Source of the DNA: Acidobacteria bacterium AH-259-G07
Lineage (GTDB): Bacteria; Acidobacteriota; UBA6911; RPQK01; JADFOI01
NCBI GenBank assembly: GCA_027717925.1
Contig: JALLON010000001.1
Coordinates: 1-44,921, forward strand
DNA: 44,921 nt
Reading direction: 5' to 3'
The notes beneath the pieces were generated by a model. The model saw only the letters and a list, made by a program, of their open reading frames with translations. It did not search any database and was not told the origin of the DNA. Every line of letters starts with the position of its first letter. The stretch's first letter is position 1. Positions 8,556 through 18,173 of this stretch are shown here, one piece after another. The translations under genes and the position numbers were made by a program.

Positions 8556-10343
8556 TTACTTGGCCAGGGCAATGTCCAGCTCTACCAGGGAATGCGGGGG
8601 AAGGGCCACCTGAACATCTTTCTCTCGCGGAACGATGGTGCCTCCCTTGACCTGTACTCCAGCCACCCTCGTGTAAAGAAAGTCCTGGGGCTCAACCAGG
8701 ATTGTCTGGGGTTGATCGGCGGCGTTGTAGAGTTCGACCAGGCGGCGCTCTGATCGTGTGGGACGGTAATTTACAGCGATCGTGTCAGGAATTCCCACTG
8801 CTCCATCGGACTGGAAGAAGCGAACATCATACAGGCAAATAGCATTCGAGTACTCCCCGCCCGGGGCGAAGTGTCGGCCGACCATAGGGAACAGAACGTC
8901 AGCAACCTCAAATGCGAGAATGTAGACTCGCCAGTCCCAATCGTTCCATGCCCCTTCAGGGTGCAGGCTTTCGTACCGTGTTTCAGGCCGCGACTGCTGG
9001 GCATAGATCATCTGGGCCCGCTCGATCGCACCCTCGAGCATCCAATTCAGGTAGCGCTCATCACCGGTAATCTGATAGGCCAGGCCATAAGTGGTGGGAG
9101 CGGGATGCGTGCGGATCCAGTGCATATGAAACCAATCCCACCTGGCATCCTGGTAGGCGAGAGGCCGCCAGAAATATTGATACAGGTCGTCCGGATAATC
9201 GCGAGTCTTGTCGACCCAGTCCATCACGGCTCTATCCATGAAGTGGTCACCGCTCAAGTACCGGTAGTTGGCCAATGCGCTCGACTCTTTGTTACTCACC
9301 CAGGTATAGAGCGAGTCGGGCAGCGAGGGTTCCAGAACCTTGCGCGCGGCAAGCAGGTATTTGCTCTCATCCACCATACGGTAAAGGTCAAGCAAAGGGT
9401 TGGCCATCGATTCCAGAAAGTGATAGCGAATGCGATTGAAGTAACGGCCCAGACGTGGGTCCTCGTGATTGTAACTGAATCCCTGCAAATAGTACTTTTG
9501 ATGAGGCTCCTCAGGGCCGAGTTGATTGAGCCGCTCTATGTAGCCATCAAGATAATCTCCAGCCAGCTTCAGGTACCGTTCATTGCCGGTCGCGGCATGT
9601 GTCAGCAACACGATTTGGACCAGGCGGTGGTCATTCTGGTTCGTGTCATAGGTAATCTTGCCGATGTGTTCGGATCCCAAGTGGTATGACTTCCAGCGGT
9701 GTTTTTCCCAATCGTACCAGTCCGGCACATCCTCTTCTGACCAGTTTCCCGCCAGAGTGGCTGTGCTTTCCACCAGGTAGGTGAGTTTTTCATCGCCAGG
9801 TTCCAGCATCCACCATCGGCCCACGGTGTAGCCGATATCTTCGTTTCCATGATCCACATCTTGCGATTTCCAGTAACCGGCTTTGAAATACCGGTTGTCA
9901 CTCGACCACACTTTGTAGCGCACATCTGCCCAATCACGAATGGCGCTCCGTATTCGCTCGTCTCCGGTCAACAAGTAGTAGTCGAGCCACGCGGACATCT
10001 GCCACATGTTCTGGTTTTCGACAATCAGTCTTTCCTCAGGTTTCCAGAAAGACATGTACAGGTAGGCGAGTTCCCCATAGAGCTTGCGTAACCTGAAGTA
10101 GTTGTTGGCCCAAGTCGGAGCTGCGGGGTCGTGTACACGTCGGATCCTGGACCTGGGCGGCAGCGGGTAAAGACGCTTCTCCGTCACCCTCCACTGATAC
10201 TTGATGGGCATGTCGCGCGGGGGTGTGTCGGCTTTGACGGGCGACTGCCAGTCGTAGCCGGTCTCGACTTGGGACGGCTTTTCCTGGGACTGGCCCCCCG
10301 CTGCGACGACCAATAACAGGGTCAACAGTACACTTCGCTTCAT
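8556..10343 (-). CDS. Hypothetical secreted protein, probably an (alpha/alpha)-toroid glycan-active enzyme of unknown family
   Basis: ORF 8556..10397. I place the start at the ATG at 10343 (MKRSVLLTLLLVVAAGGQSQ, a clean signal peptide), which is preceded by GGAGG. Recurrent TGDERxL / TGNERYL helical-hairpin motifs (LLTGDERIRSAI, ATGNERYLKLA, ITGDERYLNWM) resemble those in the lyases of this window. No family recognised. Confidence 0.5.
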   Translation of the reverse strand: MKRSVLLTLLLVVAAGGQSQEKPSQVETGYDWQSPVKADTPPRDMPIKYQWRVTEKRLYPLPPRSRIRRVHDPAAPTWANNYFRLRKLYGELAYLYMSFWKPEERLIVENQNMWQMSAWLDYYLLTGDERIRSAIRDWADVRYKVWSSDNRYFKAGYWKSQDVDHGNEDIGYTVGRWWMLEPGDEKLTYLVESTATLAGNWSEEDVPDWYDWEKHRWKSYHLGSEHIGKITYDTNQNDHRLVQIVLLTHAATGNERYLKLAGDYLDGYIERLNQLGPEEPHQKYYLQGFSYNHEDPRLGRYFNRIRYHFLESMANPLLDLYRMVDESKYLLAARKVLEPSLPDSLYTWVSNKESSALANYRYLSGDHFMDRAVMDWVDKTRDYPDDLYQYFWRPLAYQDARWDWFHMHWIRTHPAPTTYGLAYQITGDERYLNWMLEGAIERAQMIYAQQSRPETRYESLHPEGAWNDWDWRVYILAFEVADVLFPMVGRHFAPGGEYSNAICLYDVRFFQSDGAVGIPDTIAVNYRPTRSERRLVELYNAADQPQTILVEPQDFLYTRVAGVQVKGGTIVPREKDVQVALPPHSLVELDIALAK

Positions 10344-10412
10344 TGCCCCAACCTCCCTCGTTATGGGAATGACTCCCTGAGATGGTTCAATTATCACCTC
10401 ACGATTGCCCCT

Positions 10413-11315
10413 TCAGGGCAAATAACGTGGAGAAACTCCGAAGATGAGTGTACACGGCCGATCCGAAGGATTGTAATACTGATGCCGTGTGCCCGCTGGA
10501 AGATAGACACCATCACCGGGTTTCACATCGAACCAGCGAGTCTGACCGCGCTCGTCCACTTTGTCCTCCGGGAGTCGCACGTGCAGGGCGCCTTCCAAGA
10601 GATAAAGACCAGCATCTCCCCCATGCGTGCGTATGTCTGTCTCCCGTCCAGGCAGCAACTTGATTCTGCCCACGGTTACATGGTCCGTGCTCACCAAGAT
10701 TCCAACCAGAACCTGGTTTTTTCCTCCTTCCAGTCGCCACAGAATGTCAGACTCGCGGACAACCTTCGTGCTAAAATTTCGATGAGCTTCCTGCTGGCTG
10801 TCAGGCCAGCGACCGATCCACTGATCCTGAGTGTATTTGGGACTCGATAGTTCCGGCTTCTCTGCGGGAGAAGGCTCGGACCGCGGCGGGATGTAGAATT
10901 CCAACACGCGCAGTGGCTCAGCGCCGTAACTGAAACCGTAATTCCATTTATTTCGACGCAGAAAGCCGGCTTCTCCCTGATTGACACGCTGTACCTCCCC
11001 GGTTTCCGGGTTGTTTAGCAGAAGGGTTCCGCTCAGAACATAGTAGACGGCATCCGTGGCAAACAGAGTCGGAAACCGATCCGAATGACGAAACACTTCC
11101 CCGGGGGCCATTCCATAGATCAGCTGATAAATATTGTCGCTCATGAAATAGAACGAATCGTGTACTTTTCCTGAGGTCTCGTCGCCCCACAAGACACGGG
11201 TTGTCTCCTGGAAGGGAATATGAGTCGGTTGATCGTAATGTTGAGCCTTGCCCAGCGAACACATAAACACAGTCTTTACCGCCAGGAGAACATAAAGTGA
11301 CTTACGAGCTTTCAT
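10413..11315 (-). CDS. Secreted bicupin protein (paralogue of 12699..13610)
   Basis: Signal peptide MKARKSLYVLLAVKTVFMCSLGKAQ. Two cupin barrels; the C-terminal one carries THGGDAGLYLLEG ... YLPAGTRHQYYN. Colinear with the other bicupin along its whole length (shared blocks VLSGTL..NNP..GE, ILWRLEG, LPG..TD...HGGD). Confidence 0.6.
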   Translation of the reverse strand: MKARKSLYVLLAVKTVFMCSLGKAQHYDQPTHIPFQETTRVLWGDETSGKVHDSFYFMSDNIYQLIYGMAPGEVFRHSDRFPTLFATDAVYYVLSGTLLLNNPETGEVQRVNQGEAGFLRRNKWNYGFSYGAEPLRVLEFYIPPRSEPSPAEKPELSSPKYTQDQWIGRWPDSQQEAHRNFSTKVVRESDILWRLEGGKNQVLVGILVSTDHVTVGRIKLLPGRETDIRTHGGDAGLYLLEGALHVRLPEDKVDERGQTRWFDVKPGDGVYLPAGTRHQYYNPSDRPCTLIFGVSPRYLP

Positions 11316-11378
11316 TTTGACCTCCTTTCAAGCACTCAAGCGCTTCTTATGGAATTGCGTAACGCGGTGAGCAGGGAA

Positions 11379-12671
11379 TTAACGGGCCACCTGTCCTGCC
11401 AGAAAACCATTGATAATGTCTGGGGGGAATGTGTGGCCTCCTTCGTGAATTGAACAGGTGACGTTATCCAGAGATTCCAGGAACTTACAGGTGTATCCTT
11501 CTTCGGCCTCAATCTTGAAAGTCCCGTATTCCTGCCTGCCGTAGGTTAAGAGGAACTGTGTTTTTGAGGCTTCCATGATCGAGCGTATGCGGTCGAGGGG
11601 GTACGCTTCCCACAAGCCCGGAATAATGATGCCGCCACCCCAGCCGTAGTTCACTTCCCGGTCGATTACCGTGAATCCCGAAGAGATAACGGCCCCGCTG
11701 GGCTCTGACTGGAGCACGTTCCAGAGGGCGGCTTGCGCGCCCTGGGAAAGACCCAGCACGAAAATTTTCTGATACTTCTGCTTCAAATACTTGGTGATGG
11801 CAAGGCTATTGACGATGTACAGCGCTGAGTAGGAACCTCCACGGTTGAGAAGATAGGGGATGATGAAATCGTAGCTCAGCTTTTTTTCTCCGTTGTAGAT
11901 GGCCACAAAGTCTTCGTTGGGTTTGACAAAGACGTAGGCATCACAATAGCGCTCTGTGAGACCTACGATATCCCTGTAATAAGTCCCCGGATCTCGCCTA
12001 TAAATTCCTGAAGAGGCGTTGTGGCCGCTGCCCGGGATGATGAGGGCTGCACAGTTCGAAGCGGGAACGGCACCGGTGGTGGGGGTGAAATAGGAGTGAG
12101 CCTTATAGCCTTTTCCACCGAGTTGGTAGTCGAGCTGAAAAATGTGATCTTCAATGAAAGTTCCCTGGCTCAGTTTCAACTTTTCGAAAGCATTCTGGAA
12201 CAAACCGGCGTCCATCAGATACTCTTCGATTCTCTGTTGAATTTCTCTGAAGGTAGTGGAAGCTGGGTGGAGTTGTTCATCCTCGGTGAGCAACTCGTCC
12301 ATTCCGGGCGCTGACCAGAGGGCAGGAGCGTAGGCGAATCGTAACAACTCCCCTTCTTTGTCATACTCATGAGGGGGATAGAGGTTGTCTTCCCGGATGG
12401 GTTGCCCGGCCTTCACCGGTGCTTTTAAACTTCTGCCCACCACCTGGCTTTTGTGCGAGACAACCCCCTCGCCGATCTCACTCATAGGTACCTCCCGGAC
12501 CTCAACACTGTTTTCGTTGATTCGATCGAAATCGGCTAGCCAACGTGAGGCCACTACAACTTCCCCCGTAGGCTCCACGTTTCCCGCTGCAGGTGACCAC
12601 AGCCACCACCCTGTCATAAGGCCGATTACAACACCTCCACCTCCCAAGAAACCCGCGCGTCTTCTTGTCAT
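11379..12671 (-). CDS. Membrane-anchored SAF-domain protein fused to an alpha/beta-hydrolase (esterase-like) domain
   Basis: N-terminal TM helix (GVVIGLMTGWWLW). This is followed by a SAF-like segment (VVVASRWLADFDRINENSVEVREVP...VVGRSLKAPVKAGQPIREDNL). The C-terminal domain has a nucleophile elbow GLSQG and a distal HEGGHTFP. Confidence 0.5.
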   Translation of the reverse strand: MTRRRAGFLGGGGVVIGLMTGWWLWSPAAGNVEPTGEVVVASRWLADFDRINENSVEVREVPMSEIGEGVVSHKSQVVGRSLKAPVKAGQPIREDNLYPPHEYDKEGELLRFAYAPALWSAPGMDELLTEDEQLHPASTTFREIQQRIEEYLMDAGLFQNAFEKLKLSQGTFIEDHIFQLDYQLGGKGYKAHSYFTPTTGAVPASNCAALIIPGSGHNASSGIYRRDPGTYYRDIVGLTERYCDAYVFVKPNEDFVAIYNGEKKLSYDFIIPYLLNRGGSYSALYIVNSLAITKYLKQKYQKIFVLGLSQGAQAALWNVLQSEPSGAVISSGFTVIDREVNYGWGGGIIIPGLWEAYPLDRIRSIMEASKTQFLLTYGRQEYGTFKIEAEEGYTCKFLESLDNVTCSIHEGGHTFPPDIINGFLAGQVAR

Positions 12672-12698
12672 TTGCCTACTCCCATTCGTTCTTCGACT

Positions 12699-13610
12699 CT
12701 ATTTCTTCTCAGGTAAGTAGTTGGGCGCAACCTGAAAGAGCAGAATGGCCGGCTCCTCGGACATATTGAAATACTGATGCGGTGTCCCTTCCGGCACATA
12801 AAAGCCGTCCTTCGGCTCTAGGACAAAAGACTGCTTTTCCCCATCCTGAAAAGTGACAATGTCCAGTGACTTGCCTTCGAGGAAGTAAACACTTTCATCA
12901 CCTCCATGTTCATGACGGTCGGTTTTTTGCCCCGGAAGTATGATCATCTTGCCGGAGGTCAGGTTTTCCGTTGAGGCATAAAGGCCCACCAGTGCTTGAC
13001 CCTCCAGTCGCCACAAGAGATCCGAGTCATCCATGACTTCCATGGTGAAAGTGTCCTCCACCTTAGCTCGGGACATGGGCCATTGGCCGATCCATTTATC
13101 CTGAGCTTCCTTGAATTCCTCCAGAAAGGGTTTCGAGGTCGAGTAGGTGCCGGTAGTTCCGGCAAGTGGTGGTGGGGCAAAATGCTCGAGCACCCGGACC
13201 GGTTCCTTTCCAAAACTGAAGCCGTGGTGCCAGGTATCCTTGCGAAAGAACACCGCCTCCCCTTTATTCACCACATGCATCTCGCCGTTCGCCGGGTTGT
13301 TGATCGCGAGAGTTCCGCTGAGAACATGCCAGACCTCATCGGCTCCGTAAATGACGGGGTTGTCCCTCGAACTTCTGTAAAAGGCTCCTGGAGGCATCTG
13401 GAAAAGGAGTTGATGAATCTTGAGATTGGAGACATAAACGAGATCGGAGGCATACCCCATGGTATCGTTTTCTCCCCAGAAGGCCTTGGTGACCGATGCA
13501 TAAGGGATATGGGCCGGCCCGTCAAAGGTCGGTCGTTGGTACTGCGCCAAAGTCCACGGGCAGAATGTGCAAACTAATACAAAGACAGACAACTTGATCG
13601 AAACTTTCAT
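12699..13610 (-). CDS. Secreted bicupin protein (paralogue of 10413..11315)
   Basis: Signal peptide MKVSIKLSVFVLVCTFCPWTLAQ. C-terminal cupin motifs EHGGDESVYFLEG ... YVPEGTPHQYFN. GGAGG RBS. Confidence 0.6.
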   Translation of the reverse strand: MKVSIKLSVFVLVCTFCPWTLAQYQRPTFDGPAHIPYASVTKAFWGENDTMGYASDLVYVSNLKIHQLLFQMPPGAFYRSSRDNPVIYGADEVWHVLSGTLAINNPANGEMHVVNKGEAVFFRKDTWHHGFSFGKEPVRVLEHFAPPPLAGTTGTYSTSKPFLEEFKEAQDKWIGQWPMSRAKVEDTFTMEVMDDSDLLWRLEGQALVGLYASTENLTSGKMIILPGQKTDRHEHGGDESVYFLEGKSLDIVTFQDGEKQSFVLEPKDGFYVPEGTPHQYFNMSEEPAILLFQVAPNYLPEKK

Positions 13611-13636
13611 GTCCTCCTCCTAATCACATTCAACGA

Positions 13637-13812
13637 TCAGTTTTCTAAGTTAGCAACTCTTCCAGATAAATCAAAAATCGAGGAATACTGCTCACCCCGA
13701 TAGACGACTGTGCATCTTAGAGTGTGGCCCTCCAGCACGGCGGTGCTGGCCTTACGAACCTCTCGAGCTTCCGACTCATTCTCCACAGGAACAAACGATA
13801 CAAGCCGGCCCT
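13637..13812 (-). pseudogene. 3'-terminal relic of a second heparinase II/III-like gene (last ~55 codons only)
   Basis: My own translation of the minus strand gives RLVSFVPVENESEAREVRKASTAVLEGHTLRCTVVYRGEQYSSIFDLSGRVANLEN*. This aligns with the C-terminus of the adjacent full-length gene (IVNIFVPIEDEAEAQRILGASRAARDGNNLRVSVMYKGTQNSWEFDLSNRVAQLR*). It lies in a different frame, has no start codon, and begins directly after the TAG (13813-13815) of the intact gene. Confidence 0.7.
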
Positions 13813-15942
13813 CTACCTCAGCTGTGCAACCCGGTTGGAAAGGTCAAACTCCCAAGAGTTCTGCGTGCCTTTGTACATCACGGACACCCGCAGGTTGTTT
13901 CCGTCCCGGGCTGCACGGCTGGCACCGAGAATTCGCTGGGCCTCCGCTTCATCTTCAATGGGAACGAAGATATTGACAATATAGGTCTTCTCGCTGGCTG
14001 CTGTCGTTTTCAGGTCATAGTAGGGAACCCAGTACAACACCGCATCCTTCACTTCGGGCAGGATGGGGTGACGATCCTCTCTGAAGGTGAATGTTTGCGG
14101 CAGTAGGGGTAGGGCTGCCATCACACCCCGCTCCCCTGTGAACAGGGCGTAGTCTTCCTTCAGGCTGAAGGGAACTCCGGGGTGGACTCTGACTGCGATG
14201 TCTGCATCCGGTGCCGATTCCACCTCATCCAGCACAACGAAAAAATGTGGCTTGCGGAAAATAATGTGTCTTCTCCATCCCTTTAGCTCTTTTCCCGGGT
14301 AAGCCTTGGAGGCGTCAATGAGCGCGTAATCCTGAGTCGCCGTGCTCCGGAACTCGAGCACTTTGGAAAAGTACTCGGGCCCATACTTCTGCTGCTCCCC
14401 ATTGACAAAGACCACGTTATGCCCCAGGGCGTTGGCATGAACGTACTCCTTAAAGCGCCTCCGGTGATCCCAATAGCCCAAACCATTGGGCTGCAGGTAT
14501 CCCAACTCCTTCACGTACCACTCCCCACGGTAGGCGATGGCGAATTGCCCGGAGTCCAGATGTCCGTGATGAGGGTCGTCGTGAATCCCACCCTTCGCTG
14601 CAAGAAGTGGGACATTTTCGTCTTCCCAGGAGGCTCTCATAATCACCCAATCGATGGTACGGAAATGCATCGACATCGGTGCAGAGGAATCGGGAAGGGA
14701 AGGTTCGATTTCAGCCTCCGGCCAGATGATGGAGTAGAGATCGAAGTCCAAGGGCCGCCGCCTGTAATCAAAAGGCCGAAACAGTTCCGCCAGCCATTTC
14801 GCCTGAGGGCTGTCGAGTTCTTGAGCCAGCTTATTATAGAGAGCGTAATTCCCCTGACTATAGGACATGTAGGTTAGATGGGCATCTCTTGCCTGAAGGA
14901 AAGCTCGGCTGTCGGCAAAGGCAACCGATCCGATTGGCGCAACGAAGGTATACAAAGGAAACTGGATGGTTTTTCTCAGCCGAGGGTTATCGAACATATC
15001 CACTCTTCCGCCGGAGATCTTTTTGAGCACGGCAGCAAATAGCACCGCATTTTCCATCCCATATCGCCAATAGCCGACACCCTCCTGATAGCCTCCATCC
15101 TGGCCGATCGATTCCTCAAAGTATTTGTTGATTCGTACTCGTGTTTCCTCCACCACATCCAAAAGCTGGGGGTCCTCCGAATACATCGCCAGCGCTGCCA
15201 GACCGACCCCGCTGAAACAGACCGGCAACCAGTTGGTCCGCCAGGCGTGGGCCCACCATTGGTAATCATAGTTGCCCCGCAGTCGAAGGACCGCATTTTC
15301 CAGAAGCGCGTTGCGGATTCTCTTGCGCTCATAGTCGTTGAGCGTGGGATAGATCCAGTCGTAAGTTGCGGCCAGCTGTTTGGAAGCCTCGGCAGCACCG
15401 AGGTCATAGGAATACACGATCTCGTTGTCTTCCTCCTCATTCCACTTGGCTCCATAGGGTTTGCCCATCCAGTAAAGCCATTGAAACTTGTCCCAGTTGT
15501 CCACCCAGCTGTCCAGAACACTCAGGGCTTCCGCAAACTCATAAGATTTGCGAGCGTACTTTTCATCCCCGGTCATCTGGTAAATAAAGGCAAGATAAAA
15601 AGCGTTTCTCCCCAGTTCAGTCCGATAATGATCGTAAGGATCCCCTGTCCGTATGAAATAAGGGCTGATTCCCTTACCTCTCGGGGGAACTTCCCGCGAC
15701 ACTGGCATATCCAAAAGCCGGTCACATTCCTTCAACAACCTCTGGTACACCACTTCCGCCCGCGGGTCGGTCCTCACTCGCTCTCTCAAAGCAGGCAGTT
15801 CTTCCTTGCTAAAGTGCAGATAGGGGTGCTCTAAATTCTTGGGCATGAGCCGTTCGAGAGATGCGGGGTTCGACTCGGCAAATATACCCGAAACCAGAAA
15901 GAAACTTAAAACTGCAAGCCCTAGTGAGTCAGAACATTTCAT
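13813..15942 (-). CDS. Heparinase II/III-like polysaccharide lyase (alginate-lyase-type N-terminal toroid + heparinase II/III C-terminal domain), secreted
   Basis: ORF 13813..15969. The start is placed at the ATG at 15942 (MKCSDSLGLAVLSFFLVSGIFA), preceded by AAGGGGG. Characteristic C-terminal block DPHHGHLDSGQFAIAYRGEWYVKELGY and GHNVVFVNGEQQ. N-terminal YQMTGDEKYARKSYEFAEAL helical repeats. Confidence 0.7.
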   Translation of the reverse strand: MKCSDSLGLAVLSFFLVSGIFAESNPASLERLMPKNLEHPYLHFSKEELPALRERVRTDPRAEVVYQRLLKECDRLLDMPVSREVPPRGKGISPYFIRTGDPYDHYRTELGRNAFYLAFIYQMTGDEKYARKSYEFAEALSVLDSWVDNWDKFQWLYWMGKPYGAKWNEEEDNEIVYSYDLGAAEASKQLAATYDWIYPTLNDYERKRIRNALLENAVLRLRGNYDYQWWAHAWRTNWLPVCFSGVGLAALAMYSEDPQLLDVVEETRVRINKYFEESIGQDGGYQEGVGYWRYGMENAVLFAAVLKKISGGRVDMFDNPRLRKTIQFPLYTFVAPIGSVAFADSRAFLQARDAHLTYMSYSQGNYALYNKLAQELDSPQAKWLAELFRPFDYRRRPLDFDLYSIIWPEAEIEPSLPDSSAPMSMHFRTIDWVIMRASWEDENVPLLAAKGGIHDDPHHGHLDSGQFAIAYRGEWYVKELGYLQPNGLGYWDHRRRFKEYVHANALGHNVVFVNGEQQKYGPEYFSKVLEFRSTATQDYALIDASKAYPGKELKGWRRHIIFRKPHFFVVLDEVESAPDADIAVRVHPGVPFSLKEDYALFTGERGVMAALPLLPQTFTFREDRHPILPEVKDAVLYWVPYYDLKTTAASEKTYIVNIFVPIEDEAEAQRILGASRAARDGNNLRVSVMYKGTQNSWEFDLSNRVAQLR

Positions 15943-16471
15943 GCGGACCCCCTTTGCATTGAGCACCACCTAGGGTAGAAATCTTGTGGATTGGGCCACT
16001 GGCCATTCCTGTCCCAGGTTATTGTGCTGGCTCTATAATGAATGGACGCACAAATTATGTTAAGTATATTATTTGAAATCCTAACAGAGGGCCAATATTT
16101 TTTTCTCCCATGTCAACAGATAGTCCTGTGCATCTTTACTCTTCAGAAGGCGAATTGTCGAACGGCCCTGTATCAGAAGAACAAAGGATAGCGAAGAATG
16201 GTTTCCATCCTTTGCCCGGCATCCCCTTCCCCGAGGGCCTCCAACATCTTCTCGGCATGCTTACCGCTCTGTCCCGGCAGCGTTGCATTGGCTTTCTTTG
16301 GACAACGTCTGGTAAAACATTGTAACCAACACAAGGAGGATTAAGCATGAAGCGACCAATTAAGAACCGCATTTACCCTCTTGATCAGTAACACCCAACG
16401 GGAACAAAGGCACCGATTCGGAGGAGTACGCTTACTCGAAGGGTCTTAAAGATCTTTGTCACAGGTCGAAA

Positions 16472-18142
16472 ATGACCAGGAAGATAATCAGTTCACTAAA
16501 GCTGTACGGGGGGCACCTCGGTTGGATCCAGCCCGTTGCCACCTTTGTGCTGATCTTTGCAGTGGCTATTGCTATTAGCGTGATTAGGGAGCAGGACATC
16601 CACTGGGCCGGTTTGCTTGCGATGGTTTTCTTCTACGCTCTGATGTATGGCGTAGGATTGATGGCAGCGAGTCTGAAAGGCTCGCACCTCGAGGACATGA
16701 TCGTTGCCGGTCGGTCGATGCCACTGTGGATTGGTGCTTTTAGCATGGCGGCAACCTGGGTGGATGGCGGTTACATCAACGGCACAGCCGAGTACACCTA
16801 TTCGACCGGATTGGTCTGGGCTCAGGCTCCCTGGTGTTATGCCCTTAGCCTGATGCTGGGAGGGATCTTCTTTGCCCGGAAAATGCGGCGTCAGCAGTTC
16901 ATGACGATGCTCGATCCTCTCGAACGCCGGTACGGACAAAAGTTAACCGCCTGCCTCTACCTAACGTCGTTGTTCGGAGACATCTTTTGGAGCGCGGCAA
17001 TACTGACGGCTCTGGGCACGACGTTTGGAACCATATTGGGAATGGACTTTATCACCTCAATCCTGCTCTCTGCGGCGATTTCAATTGCCTACACCAGGGC
17101 GGGAGGAATGTGGGCGGTCGCTTTTACAAACGTTTTACAGGTGGTGATCATTGTAATCGGACTCGCCGTAGTCGTTTTCTTCGTCACTCCTGAAGTCGGG
17201 GGGCTTTCCAGAGCTATTGAAACCTATCAGCAGGGGATGGGAGACAAGGCTGCAATTTTTCCACCCTTTGCCGGGTGGAAGGATCCAGCTTGGGGAAACG
17301 CCTATTGGAACTGGTGGGACATGGCCTTACTGTTAATCTTGGGTGGCATTCCCTGGCAAGGCTATTTCCAGAGAGTCCTCTCAGCAAAGAACGAAAACAC
17401 AGCGGCAGGGCTCTCTCTCTTGGCAGGGGCTGTCTGCCTGTCAGTTGCCATCCCTGCAGCGTTGATCGGCGTGGTGGGATATAACGTACGTTGGACTGAT
17501 TTTGGAACAACTGCCCCTGAGAATCCTGCCATGATTCTCCCTTATGTCCTTCGCTACATGACTCCACCAGTGATAGCAGCGTTAGGCTTGGGCGCTGTGG
17601 CAGCCGCGGTAATGTCTTCGGTGGCCTCCTCTGTACTGGCCAGCTCGTCTATGGCGGCCTGGAACATTTATCGGCCGCTGGTCAAACCCACGGCAAGTCG
17701 AGAGGAACTCGAAAAGGTGGTTCGAGTGGCCATCCTTTTTATTGGAATTGCAGCAACCATAGTCGGACTGAAAGTGCAGAGCGTTTACGCTCTGTGGTAT
17801 CTCTGTTCCGATTTCGTTTACTGTATACTGTTCCCGCAGCTGACCACTGCCCTGTTTTTCAAACGAGCCAACCGTTACGGAGCTGCCGCTGGGCTGGTGA
17901 CCTCTTTCATCTTAAGGATGGGGGGAGGAGAATCGATGCTGGGAATTCCTGCCATCATTCCTTATCCAATGATCGAAAACGGTGTCGTTCTTTTTCCTTT
18001 TCGTACACTGGCGATGACCTCAGGCCTCCTCATGATTATCGTGGTGTCCCTACTGACCCAGCGAAGCTGTCCGCCCCAACCTCTGGAACGTGCGAAAGAC
18101 GCCGAACTAGAATCCTCAAGTGTGGGTCCTATGGAGAATTAA
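16472..18142 (+). CDS. Sodium:solute symporter (SSF/SLC5) family transporter
   Basis: 556 aa and highly hydrophobic, with about 13 TM segments. The N-terminal signature GRSMPLWIGAFSMAATWVDGGYINGTAEYTY is typical of SSF members (choline-transporter-like subgroup). Confidence 0.8.
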   Translation: MTRKIISSLKLYGGHLGWIQPVATFVLIFAVAIAISVIREQDIHWAGLLAMVFFYALMYGVGLMAASLKGSHLEDMIVAGRSMPLWIGAFSMAATWVDGGYINGTAEYTYSTGLVWAQAPWCYALSLMLGGIFFARKMRRQQFMTMLDPLERRYGQKLTACLYLTSLFGDIFWSAAILTALGTTFGTILGMDFITSILLSAAISIAYTRAGGMWAVAFTNVLQVVIIVIGLAVVVFFVTPEVGGLSRAIETYQQGMGDKAAIFPPFAGWKDPAWGNAYWNWWDMALLLILGGIPWQGYFQRVLSAKNENTAAGLSLLAGAVCLSVAIPAALIGVVGYNVRWTDFGTTAPENPAMILPYVLRYMTPPVIAALGLGAVAAAVMSSVASSVLASSSMAAWNIYRPLVKPTASREELEKVVRVAILFIGIAATIVGLKVQSVYALWYLCSDFVYCILFPQLTTALFFKRANRYGAAAGLVTSFILRMGGGESMLGIPAIIPYPMIENGVVLFPFRTLAMTSGLLMIIVVSLLTQRSCPPQPLERAKDAELESSSVGPMEN

Positions 18143-18173
18143 ACGAACACTTTGACTTATGGATCCGAGCAGA

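Noticed and set aside
16110-16372. Two overlapping opposite-strand ORFs (71 and 78 aa) in the divergent region between the lyase operon and the symporter.
   Set aside because: No motif, RBS or signal. They overlap each other almost completely, and they are most likely chance ORFs in a promoter region. Only the 14-codon uORF with a perfect SD was kept, as a low-interest finding.
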